A stretch of 63,136 nt of DNA from NCBI GenBank assembly GCA_038254115.1, contig JBBSGK010000005.1, forward strand, positions 1-63,136, read 5' to 3'. The translations under genes were made by a program, and so were the position numbers. Shown here one piece after another: positions 25,691 to 33,724 of this stretch (positions within the stretch are counted from its first letter, which is position 1; the number at the start of each line of letters is the position of its first letter). The stretch is from Candidatus Levyibacteriota bacterium (GTDB taxonomy: Bacteria > Patescibacteriota > Microgenomatia > Levybacterales > UBA12049). Under the pieces are notes generated by a model. It saw nothing but the letters and a program-made list of their open reading frames with translations, did not search any database and was not told the origin of the DNA.

Positions 25691-26551
25691 TTAAAGCTCG
25701 CTGAGGGATGTGGTGTCTTTTGCGCGGTCCTGGACATATTCCAGGTATCTTTCAGTTGTTGAAAGTCTTTTGTGACCCAGGATTTTTGAAAGAAGGACTA
25801 GTGAAACGCCGTGTTTTAGATGATGCGCTACAAATGTGTGTCTGAGATCATTTACTTTGGCGTTTTCAATGCCTGCAATTCTGAAATATCTCTCAATGGC
25901 TGTTCTGATATTACGCACAAGAAAGGGTTTTCCTGATTTAGTTACAAATATATGGTCATCCTGGATCTCAGGGCGGATTTTGAGGAATCTATCAAGTGCC
26001 TCTTTTGCTGATTTATTCATAGGTACTACTCTTTCTGCGTGCTTTTCATGAGGGGTGATTCGGAGTCCATCCGGCTGAATGTCTGACATCCGCAGATCTG
26101 CCAATTCTCCAATTCTGATTCCTGTCTGAAGAAGAAGCTCGATTATCGCGTACATACGGGCATCGTTGCGTGCCGCATCTCTAAGTGCCCTATATTCTGT
26201 AGGTTTTAGCATACGGGGCGCTGCCAATTCGTATTGCGGGTGAGACACCAAAAGAGATGGGTCATCAGTTACGTATTCGTTTACTTTGAGAAATCTGTAG
26301 AAAGTGCGTGTGGAGTTGAGTTTTCTTGAAAGAGATTTTGGAGTGTAGCCTTTATCGGAAAGCTTGCCTAGAAATGCTTGAATATCTTCCTTTGTGACCT
26401 CGTGGATATGCTGTTTTTCAAGCTCCTCAAGAAAACTTGTAAGCTGATCAATATCTTTTCCGTAGGCCAAAATTGTAGCACTCGAGTGCTTTTTGCTCTT
26501 TAGAAAATCTAAAAATTGTTTATGCGCATCGCGCACTTTTATAACATTCAT
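25691..26551 (-). CDS. Tyrosine recombinase, XerC/XerD-like
   Basis: 286 aa with an N-terminal SAM-like core-binding domain. The catalytic-domain residues are present (R..., HTFVAHHL, LGHKRLSTTERY). Confidence 0.88.
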   Translation of the reverse strand: MNVIKVRDAHKQFLDFLKSKKHSSATILAYGKDIDQLTSFLEELEKQHIHEVTKEDIQAFLGKLSDKGYTPKSLSRKLNSTRTFYRFLKVNEYVTDDPSLLVSHPQYELAAPRMLKPTEYRALRDAARNDARMYAIIELLLQTGIRIGELADLRMSDIQPDGLRITPHEKHAERVVPMNKSAKEALDRFLKIRPEIQDDHIFVTKSGKPFLVRNIRTAIERYFRIAGIENAKVNDLRHTFVAHHLKHGVSLVLLSKILGHKRLSTTERYLEYVQDRAKDTTSLSEL

Positions 26552-26653
26552 AGAATACTGGATCCCATAATATCATAAATTAATTATAAATACAAGAAGC
26601 AATTTAAAACCCGCTTTGCAAGCGATTTAGAGGTATTATATGATGATATCAGT

Positions 26654-27004
26654 ATGTCTCCAAAGAAAATAGTTTTTTTCATTATCATAGTATTCTCGTT
26701 ATTAATTATCAATAACCTTGTGCGCTCTATATACACCCTCTGGCAGAAAAATGATCTGGTGGAGAATTTAAGATTGGAGGTTAAGAAGAATCAGCGTGAA
26801 AATGAGGATCTTAAAAGAAAATTGAGGATTGTTGAGAAACCGCAGTTTATTGAGGAGGAGGCCCGTAACAAGCTTTTTATGAGTAAACCGGGTGAAGGAG
26901 TGATAGTCCTTTCTCAAAAAGATCGCGAGGCGACTTTGTCTGCAAAGCCCAAGCCCAAAGACACAAGACCAAATTGGAAAAAATGGTGGGATCTGTTCTT
27001 CTAA
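26654..27004 (+). CDS. Septum formation initiator, FtsB/DivIC-like
   Basis: 116 aa with an N-terminal TM helix, a coiled coil, and FIEEEARNKLFMSKPGEGVI, a typical DivIC/FtsB C-terminal motif. Confidence 0.65.
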   Translation: MSPKKIVFFIIIVFSLLIINNLVRSIYTLWQKNDLVENLRLEVKKNQRENEDLKRKLRIVEKPQFIEEEARNKLFMSKPGEGVIVLSQKDREATLSAKPKPKDTRPNWKKWWDLFF

Positions 27005-27023
27005 TTGAGTCTACGCGTTCAAC

Positions 27024-27051
27024 TTGACTAAAAAATCCTTCTTGTTATAAT
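27024..27051 (+). promoter_or_regulatory. Promoter TTGACT-16-(TGt)TATAAT, 6 nt upstream of the ATG
   Basis: Read directly from the sequence. It has an extended -10 and no SD before the ATG at 27058. Confidence 0.5.
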
Positions 27052-27057
27052 CGGGCA

Positions 27058-27999
27058 ATGGTAGAAAGCACAACTGTTCCACCTCATGTCGACCACCAAC
27101 AGGTTGCTTTAATACAGGCACGTCATCTCTCCGCAGCAATAATTCGCAGAAAGACAGCGAGAAGATATGCAAACACATATGAGCTTGAAGGATTATCCAG
27201 AAGACAAATGAGAAAGCTGGCAAAAGCGTATTTACGAAAAAGTGAAGATCAGTCTCCAAGATTTAAGCTGCAGGATTCAGACAGAGTAGAAGAGGAAGGA
27301 AAAATTGATAAAATCCGTGAAGGGATTATTCAAAAAGAAGAAAATCGTCTTAACGCAATGGAGGAGAAAGGTGTTTCAAAGCTTAAGCGAGGTAAAATAC
27401 TTTTTATTGCGAAATCAAAGCGGCTAAGTGGGCAGACAGAGGAAGAAAGAGTCAGAATGTATAAAGAGGCAGGGCATACAGACAAGGACATAGAAGCAAT
27501 TACCGGGGAAAAGCTTGCGAAAACGTCCGCATTAACTGTTGGAATTTTTGGGTTTACGTGGGGCGCAAGAATAGGAGCCTCGGTATTTGATAAAATAGTT
27601 CCTATTGGGGATGTTTTACCAAAGAATGCTACTGGAGTTGCTGCTTCAATAGCTTTATATGCAGTTTCATATGGAGCTTTTGCCCGACAGAATCTTCGTC
27701 TCACCAAAGATGATGAAGGAACAAGTACCAATTTGCCCGTTACGCTTACCTTTCATGGTGCCAAAAATTTAGTTTCAAACAATAACCGTGATAGATTAGC
27801 TGTTGGTTTGCCAACCGCCGCCAATACTTTGCTCGTCGGTGGATTCTATACTGGCATAATTGAAGGAACAACCGGAAATTCGAATAAAGTGATTGTTGCA
27901 AATCTGATTAATACTGGCTTGAATGTCCTTTATGCGGCAGGAGCTGAAGCATGGATTCGCCGAAGAAATAAAAGAGGCATATCTTATGTGTCTTCATAG
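27058..27999 (+). CDS. Hypothetical 313-aa protein (basic/coiled N-terminal half, hydrophobic Gly-rich C-terminal half)
   Basis: ORF plus promoter. No family recognised. Confidence 0.5.
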   Translation: MVESTTVPPHVDHQQVALIQARHLSAAIIRRKTARRYANTYELEGLSRRQMRKLAKAYLRKSEDQSPRFKLQDSDRVEEEGKIDKIREGIIQKEENRLNAMEEKGVSKLKRGKILFIAKSKRLSGQTEEERVRMYKEAGHTDKDIEAITGEKLAKTSALTVGIFGFTWGARIGASVFDKIVPIGDVLPKNATGVAASIALYAVSYGAFARQNLRLTKDDEGTSTNLPVTLTFHGAKNLVSNNNRDRLAVGLPTAANTLLVGGFYTGIIEGTTGNSNKVIVANLINTGLNVLYAAGAEAWIRRRNKRGISYVSS

Positions 28000-28001
28000 T
28001 T

Positions 28002-28274
28002 TCAACGATAACCTAATTTAGGATAAAGTCTAGGTTTTAATTGTAAAATTTGTATTTTTCTTACTCTTTTCCAGCTTTTTATTTCAATTTCCCGCTTCAG
28101 TGCCTCGGATTTGGTAGCAAATTCTTCAGTGTGGATAACTTTCAACGGTTTGTGTGAGCGGGTATACTTCCCGCCCTTTCCATTTGAGTGAGCTAAAAAC
28201 CGTTTATCTATGTCATTTGTAGAGCCTGTATAAAGGCTATTGTCAGCACAGAGGAGAATATAAACAAACCACAT
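28002..28274 (-). CDS. GIY-YIG nuclease-domain protein
   Basis: WFVYILLCADNSLYTGSTNDIDKRFLAHSNG carries the GIY-YIG (URI) motifs. 90 aa. Confidence 0.85.
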   Translation of the reverse strand: MWFVYILLCADNSLYTGSTNDIDKRFLAHSNGKGGKYTRSHKPLKVIHTEEFATKSEALKREIEIKSWKRVRKIQILQLKPRLYPKLGYR

Positions 28275-28276
28275 AG

Positions 28277-28546
28277 TTATTTGGTATTTTCCTTAAAATA
28301 TTCATTTAACATTGTGCGGAGAGTTGTTTTACCCTTTGTCGTTTTGAAGTATTTTTCTCTACGTTTAGCATCTTTTTGATTATGGTAGGCCTCATAAAAT
28401 ATAAGGTTAAATGGTGCATAGCCTTTAGTTGAGTAATTTTCTTTATTGTTATGTTCGAAGAATCTTTTCCGGAGGTTGATAGAGAAGCCTACATAAATAA
28501 AATCTTTAGTTTTGCTTTTGAGGACGTAAACGTAGTAGAAGTTCAT
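28277..28546 (-). CDS. GIY-YIG nuclease-domain protein (second, diverged copy)
   Basis: FYYVYVLKSKTKDFIYVGFSINLRKRFFEHN. 89 aa, in tandem with the previous gene. Confidence 0.85.
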   Translation of the reverse strand: MNFYYVYVLKSKTKDFIYVGFSINLRKRFFEHNNKENYSTKGYAPFNLIFYEAYHNQKDAKRREKYFKTTKGKTTLRTMLNEYFKENTK

Positions 28547-28933
28547 CAGATTTGTTTCATGGGACGTACCAGTCGGTACATCCCTGCCTCACCATTCGCT
28601 TAAATAATTAGTTTAACTTTTATTTCGATGGTTAATCTTAAAAAGTTGCGCAGCGATGAACCTGAGCGTAGCGAATGGTTCGTTGTTGCGGGGACTGCAA
28701 GAACTTAGAACCTCCTTTCTTACCGAACCCCACCCCATATTTATACCAGATTTAGAATAAGATTGACAACCCTCCTGTGGCTGATTATGCCTAAACTTCC
28801 TGCTTCTATAATGGTGAGAGTCTCCTCGCGTGTGGGATTAACCGATACATATATTTAAAAAACGTAAATAATTTTTTTGAAATTTTACACTAATGCAATA
28901 CAAAATTATCTCTGATATACTGATATTAGCTTC

Positions 28934-29854
28934 ATGCCAAATGCTCAAGAGAATCAACAAGATAATGAGTTTAAGATAAAGTTTGATGGTCAACTTCATC
29001 AGGTTGATGCTAATACTTTAATAAATTCCTTAGTAAATATTTCTACGATATTAGAAGAGGTAAATACGGAACTTCATCCTGACGAAAAAACTAAAGTTAA
29101 AATAAAAGCACTTTCTCAAGGAAGCTTTTTAGTACATCTTTTTATAGAAGGTCAAAAATTAGCTCAAAGCATGATTAGCCCAACAGGTATAGCTACAACG
29201 GCTAGTTTAGTAACAATAGTAACTGGATTATTTGCAGTTAAAAAACATTTATTGGGAACTAAACCCAAAGAGACAAAAGAAATAGAAGGCAATAACGTAG
29301 AGATTACAAACGAAAAGGGAAACGTATTGGTTGTAGAATCTCTCACGCTTAATCTATATCAACATAACCAACCAATACAAGATGCTATTAGCAATAATTT
29401 TGAAACACTGGAAAATGATTCTTCCGTAGATGCTTTTGGAATTACAGATACAAACGAGCACGTTTTATTTAATGCAACCAGAGATGAATTTAATGAGATG
29501 GCAATTAAAAGTGTTGCTGTAGACGAGGACAAAAAGACAATAATCGAGTCCGCAACAGTTCATATTTTTAAAATAGTTTTTCAAGATAACTATAAATGGG
29601 AGTTTTACTATAAAGGAAATAAAATTTCCGCAAATATTACCGATACTGAATTCTTTGCCAAGATTGACAAGGGGGAGAGATTTGCAAAGGGAGATACCTT
29701 GATTGCTGAATTGCAAATCAATCAATTATTTGACCCCGCAGTAAATACCTGGGTTAACCATTCTTATCAAATAAATAAAGTAATAAAACATATACCAAGA
29801 GACGAACAGCAAAAGTTTTCTTTTGAAAATAAAGACGACGAAAAAAATAATTAA
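28934..29854 (+). CDS. Hypothetical 306-aa protein (element cargo)
   Basis: ORF only. No family recognised. Confidence 0.5.
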   Translation: MPNAQENQQDNEFKIKFDGQLHQVDANTLINSLVNISTILEEVNTELHPDEKTKVKIKALSQGSFLVHLFIEGQKLAQSMISPTGIATTASLVTIVTGLFAVKKHLLGTKPKETKEIEGNNVEITNEKGNVLVVESLTLNLYQHNQPIQDAISNNFETLENDSSVDAFGITDTNEHVLFNATRDEFNEMAIKSVAVDEDKKTIIESATVHIFKIVFQDNYKWEFYYKGNKISANITDTEFFAKIDKGERFAKGDTLIAELQINQLFDPAVNTWVNHSYQINKVIKHIPRDEQQKFSFENKDDEKNN

Positions 29855-29927
29855 AAGAGTGTACTTGTATTCTTCGGGATTCGGAAAAACCCTCAGGAAA
29901 TGCGTTATCATTAAAGCGCTTCACTGC

Positions 29928-30245
29928 TCAATGCCGAATGAATCTGTATGCAAGGTAAATAAGGAGAAAAGGGAACGTAATAGGTAAAAAGAGAATGAGC
30001 AATCCCCAAGTGAGCCAGTTTGTATTTCCAGCGGATTTAGTCATGTGATTTGTTGAATTTGTTTTGATTAACCTATCAACGCTTACAGAAGTTCTGTTGT
30101 AAACTGCGTTATATGCAGCTTTCTTCGGATTTGTTATAAATCCAGTACCTCGGGGCATTCGGATTTTGGCTCTAACCATCCGCTTTATTGAAGTACGGGC
30201 TGCGAATCTACGCTTTAAAGAAGGTGTACGGATTCCAAATTTCAT
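29928..30245 (-). CDS. Small basic protein with a C-terminal TM helix
   Basis: 105 aa. Its start overlaps the stop of the upstream minus-strand gene (ATGA-type overlap at 30242-30245). Confidence 0.45.
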   Translation of the reverse strand: MKFGIRTPSLKRRFAARTSIKRMVRAKIRMPRGTGFITNPKKAAYNAVYNRTSVSVDRLIKTNSTNHMTKSAGNTNWLTWGLLILFLPITFPFLLIYLAYRFIRH

Positions 30246-30736
30246 ACACTGGATTTTCTATTCTTAACTTTCTTAACACCTTTGTACCCTAGCCAACCAA
30301 GAATACCTAATGTAATAAAGCCCACTAATGGATTTCCATCACTATTTTCCCCTGCAACCTTAGGAGTTGGTGCAATCTTTTTTGTTGGTTCGGCTGTTGG
30401 CTTAGCGGTAGGTCTTATTGTTGGAATTGCGGTAGGTGCTAAAGTTGGAACTTTCGTGGGAATAGCAACAACTGGCGCAATATACTGCTTAACTGGTGCT
30501 GTTGTGGGAGCTGCTATAACTGGTGCGTTTTGTACTGGTGCTGAATTAGCTGGAGCACTTCCGCCACACTCGGAGGAATTTCCAGTATCTCCACAAACAT
30601 AAGAACCAGAATCACTTGGGCAAGAGTGAGCTGCATGACAACCATCTCTATGTGCTTCAACGCTCGATACGCTTACAGAGTAAAGTAATACAAGTAATAT
30701 AGTTACTAATAATTTTTTCATAATTGCATTATACAC
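30242..30736 (-). CDS. Secreted Cys/His-rich protein with a Pro/Ala/Thr linker and a C-terminal membrane anchor
   Basis: Signal peptide, then HRDGCHAAHSCPSDSGSYVCGDTGNSSECGG, a long PTxAP-type linker and a terminal TM helix. Confidence 0.5.
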   Translation of the reverse strand: MYNAIMKKLLVTILLVLLYSVSVSSVEAHRDGCHAAHSCPSDSGSYVCGDTGNSSECGGSAPANSAPVQNAPVIAAPTTAPVKQYIAPVVAIPTKVPTLAPTAIPTIRPTAKPTAEPTKKIAPTPKVAGENSDGNPLVGFITLGILGWLGYKGVKKVKNRKSSV

Positions 30737-30835
30737 TACCTCATATCAATCACGTGTATATTTATTGGTTCCATTTAACATAACCTGTTTTTCAATAGAT
30801 TGCAAACCAAGATTTTAGAGATATAATCTCATATC

Positions 30836-30866
30836 GCCAAAAGCCCCTCTCTTGCAGAAGGGCTTT
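30836..30866 (-). terminator. Rho-independent terminator of the 30903-31337 gene
   Basis: The minus-strand RNA reads GCCCUUCU-GCAAG-AGAGGGGC followed by UUUUGG. Confidence 0.55.
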
Positions 30867-30902
30867 ATGGTTCGTTGGACGCATTTCCTCAAATGTAGCT
30901 AT

Positions 30903-31337
30903 TTAATTCCATGTCACATCTAGCTTGTACTTTTCTGTATCAAATTTATCTGGATAGCTAGTTATCTCAAATGGCGTTGTTGCTCCAACCTCTAGTGGAG
31001 TACTACTCGTATCTCCTGCGTATGAGAAATTTGTCCCTATAACTGAGCCTTTTTCATCATAAAATGTTGCTGTTACTTTGACATAGGTTACTGGTCTTTT
31101 GGTGTTATTTTTCACTTCACCCACGAGTTTTGTGTAGCCTCCATCAATAGTTTTGTTTACAGCTCCATTGACTTCAATCTTTCCCGTTTCTTTTATCTCT
31201 GCTACTGAGTCCGTGGGATTGCTTGAAACAGTTGATGTAGTAGAGCTTTCGTCACTTCCGCTTATGCCAACGAATACGCCAAAAATAAATACTGCAATGA
31301 TTACTACTCCTAAAACTAATTTATTCATATCATTCAC
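30903..31337 (-). CDS. Membrane-anchored protein, FxLYD-domain-like
   Basis: 144 aa with an N-terminal TM helix. VTATFYDEKGSVIGT resembles the FxLYD motif (from memory). Confidence 0.5.
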   Translation of the reverse strand: MNDMNKLVLGVVIIAVFIFGVFVGISGSDESSTTSTVSSNPTDSVAEIKETGKIEVNGAVNKTIDGGYTKLVGEVKNNTKRPVTYVKVTATFYDEKGSVIGTNFSYAGDTSSTPLEVGATTPFEITSYPDKFDTEKYKLDVTWN

Positions 31338-31546
31338 CTCCTCTCAGTGATACTCACGGAAGCATGCAAAAAGCTCCCGTGGCGATGGATTGCTCCACCT
31401 GCTGCTCTTTCAAGCATCAGCCTTTCGAACGCTCCACGAGAGCTTACTGGGTTCGAAAGGTCTTGATGACCATGCCTCAAAGAGGTTTAGGCCAATTAAG
31501 TTGTACTTGTATTATAACAAACTACTTGATAGTTTATTAACAGTAC

Positions 31547-31593
31547 GTCAAGAGTCTTATAGTCTTGACATGGGGTCTCGAAAATGGTATATT
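31547..31593 (+). promoter_or_regulatory. Element promoter TTGACA-17-TATATT with an overlapping palindrome GTCAAGA-N9-TCTTGAC
   Basis: -35 at 31565-31570 and -10 at 31588-31593. The 7-bp perfect inverted repeat at 31547-31553 / 31563-31569 overlaps the -35. Confidence 0.5.
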
Positions 31594-31682
31594 TGTATTA
31601 GAGCTGTATTTCCATACAACTCTTAGAAATAGAAACTGAAAATGAAAATGAAGCTGAAATCAGTGTCTATTCTAGGAGAAAT

Positions 31683-31958
31683 ATGGATAAAGAAATACAG
31701 CAATCAAGCAATCTACATATTGAGAATGACAAGTGGTATTGTCCATTTCTCCTCGCCTCAAGTTTCCATAATTTAATCCAGTTCAAAGGCAGCTCACTCG
31801 CCAACGGCATTCTGTACTGGCAATTTTTCCCAAAAGATAAGGCTTTGGAGTTAATTCAGCAGCTCCGTACAAAAACAGAGCCATCTATACCAGCGAAAGA
31901 CATTTTTGATGCTGTAGACACATTTTGGCGACAGGTGTCGAGCTCAAAATATAGTTAA
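31683..31958 (+). CDS. Small hypothetical protein (DUF5659-like, from memory)
   Basis: 91 aa with an AGGAG SD upstream. Confidence 0.45.
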   Translation: MDKEIQQSSNLHIENDKWYCPFLLASSFHNLIQFKGSSLANGILYWQFFPKDKALELIQQLRTKTEPSIPAKDIFDAVDTFWRQVSSSKYS

Positions 31959-31989
31959 TGCAGTTCCTACAGGAATGGAGAAATGAATT

Positions 31990-32556
31990 ATGGGAAAAAG
32001 TAAGTTGTTCAGAATAATATTTGAAAGATTAAGAATCGTAGTGAGAGATCCAAATATAACAATGCAAGAAAAGGCATTATTACACGATTTGCTTCTATAT
32101 GCTGGGTTAGATGGAGAAGCATTTCCTAGTGAATTACAACTCGCCAAAGACATGGGCGTAACTGATCGTTGTATAAGGAATATTCTGACACGTTTAAAGA
32201 AAAAAAAGTTAATTTATGTGGAAAGAAGATTTAATGCATCAAACAAATACTTCTTTAATAAGGAAATATATTTCCTCAATGATATTCCTACAAGAAGTGC
32301 AGATAGGAACTCTAGTTCCTCACTGATCGGTACTAATGTTCCTGAAGTCTTAGGAACCACTCTTCCTACTAAAGGTAGTCAAGTAGAAATAAGTCATTTA
32401 AATAAGTCACAAAAGGATTCTATGCCAATTTTTACTCCTTGTAATAAAGGCCTTTGTCGTTATGGATATGTATATAAGGAGGAGTATAAAAAAGAAATAA
32501 CTTGCCAGTGCAGAATAGATTTTGAAATGATTCATGGGATAAAAAGCAATAGATGA
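31990..32556 (+). CDS. Winged-helix DNA-binding protein (replication-initiator/regulator-like)
   Basis: FPSELQLAKDMGVTDRCIRNILTRLKKKKLIYVERR is a typical wHTH. 188 aa. Confidence 0.55.
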   Translation: MGKSKLFRIIFERLRIVVRDPNITMQEKALLHDLLLYAGLDGEAFPSELQLAKDMGVTDRCIRNILTRLKKKKLIYVERRFNASNKYFFNKEIYFLNDIPTRSADRNSSSSLIGTNVPEVLGTTLPTKGSQVEISHLNKSQKDSMPIFTPCNKGLCRYGYVYKEEYKKEITCQCRIDFEMIHGIKSNR

Positions 32557-32592
32557 ATATGGATATAGGGTGTACCCCATTACTTAACTAAT

Positions 32593-32955
32593 ATGCAATG
32601 CACAGAACTTAAAAATAATAATGAGAGATGTAATAGTATGTCTTTACAGGGTAAAGACAAATGCTTCTTTCATTCACATGATACACAAGATGAAAGAAGA
32701 GCAGCTACCACTGCTGGCGGTAAAAGTAATAAGAATGTTAACAATCCCTCTGACTTTAGTGTAAAAACTGCTTGCGCAAAAGATCTCTTATCGATACTTC
32801 AACATACCATAGACGATTTGAAAACTCAGAAAGTTTCTCCTAACTATGCAAACTCTATCGGTTATTTAGTGAACATAGCTCTCAAGGTACTTGAACAAAG
32901 TGACATTGAAAAAAGAATGGAGGTAATTGAGTATGCTCTCAAACTCAAAAAATAA
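32593..32955 (+). CDS. Hypothetical protein with an N-terminal Cys/His cluster
   Basis: 120-aa ORF. C..x..C...CFFHSH at the N-terminus. The start is uncertain. Confidence 0.4.
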   Translation: MQCTELKNNNERCNSMSLQGKDKCFFHSHDTQDERRAATTAGGKSNKNVNNPSDFSVKTACAKDLLSILQHTIDDLKTQKVSPNYANSIGYLVNIALKVLEQSDIEKRMEVIEYALKLKK

Positions 32956-33376
32956 ATTTAAGCAACAAGTAGCTGGGCTAAGTATAGAAGAGGCTTTGCG
33001 CGGCTATATAAAAGCAGCCACGTCTGGAGATTTATATCTTGCGGAGTTCATTGAAAGGGAAGTGCCGTTAAAATACAGAAAATATTTTAACTGCGGTTTT
33101 AATCTCTACTTAGCAAAAGTCTCAATAATGAACGCGCTCCTAGTCCAAAAAGCGCTCTTAACAATTAACTTCTATATTATCCAGACCTCGAATGAAATCC
33201 TTAAAGAAAACAGAAAGATTGACGAAAAACTAGTAAAACAAACGATGATTGGCATTGATACGCAGAAGGAATACATCAGGGAAATAGACAAAATGATGAA
33301 GGATGTTTTTGATCCAACAATGTTCGAGAGTTTCAATCAACTTGAAGCGTTTTTTGATCATTGGAAGGAGCTGTGA
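32927..33376 (+). CDS. Hypothetical protein
   Basis: 149-aa ORF that overlaps the previous gene by 29 nt. Confidence 0.4.
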   Translation: MSMLSNSKNKFKQQVAGLSIEEALRGYIKAATSGDLYLAEFIEREVPLKYRKYFNCGFNLYLAKVSIMNALLVQKALLTINFYIIQTSNEILKENRKIDEKLVKQTMIGIDTQKEYIREIDKMMKDVFDPTMFESFNQLEAFFDHWKEL

Positions 33377-33442
33377 ACCAGAGATATGCAAAAAGATAAA
33401 AAGTCCATTGAACTGAAAGAAGAAAAGAAAGGGGAATAATTT

Positions 33443-33631
33443 ATGCAGTTAGATCCACAAGCTATCAATGAGTTCAGAGAGCTGTATCTGAAAGAGTATG
33501 GGATAAAACTTCCTAAAGAGGAGGCATTGGAACTCGGTGCGCGACTCATAAATTTTGTAAAGGCAGTATATGGAAATAATTTACCAAAACCGTATGACAT
33601 TGACACCGATAGAAATATGGATAATAATTAA
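33443..33631 (+). CDS. Small hypothetical protein
   Basis: 62-aa ORF. Confidence 0.35.
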   Translation: MQLDPQAINEFRELYLKEYGIKLPKEEALELGARLINFVKAVYGNNLPKPYDIDTDRNMDNN

Positions 33632-33632
33632 A

Positions 33633-33717
33633 TTGTGCTCACTAGTCCTTACGGCTTTTTAATGGTCGTCTTAGACATATCCGTAAGGGTGTGAGCACAA
33701 CTAAGGCGGCCATTAAA
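33633..33717. repeat. Compound inverted repeat immediately upstream of the recombinase gene
   Basis: TTGTGCTCAC..CCTTACGG (33633-33654) pairs with CCGTAAGG..GTGAGCACAA (33681-33700). A second pair, TTTAATGGTCG (33658-68) with CGGCCATTAAA (33707-17), reaches the recombinase SD. Confidence 0.7.
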
Positions 33718-33724
33718 GGAATTT

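Noticed and set aside
24322-26551. Idea that tRNA-Ile, NUDIX, the orphan and the Xer-like recombinase form a tRNA-targeted genomic island
   Set aside because: I found no repeat of the tRNA 3' end beyond the recombinase gene (26552-26653). The recombinase has XerC/D length and motifs, so it is more likely the chromosomal dimer-resolution enzyme.
28547-28933. 387-bp gap tested by eye for tmRNA, RNase P RNA, SRP RNA, a group I intron or a split tRNA
   Set aside because: None of the universal core motifs are present on either strand (e.g. GAGGAAAGTCC, the tRNA-like GGTTCGAATCC...CCA end, or the SRP GGAA tetraloop context). I keep it only as an unexplained structured junction.
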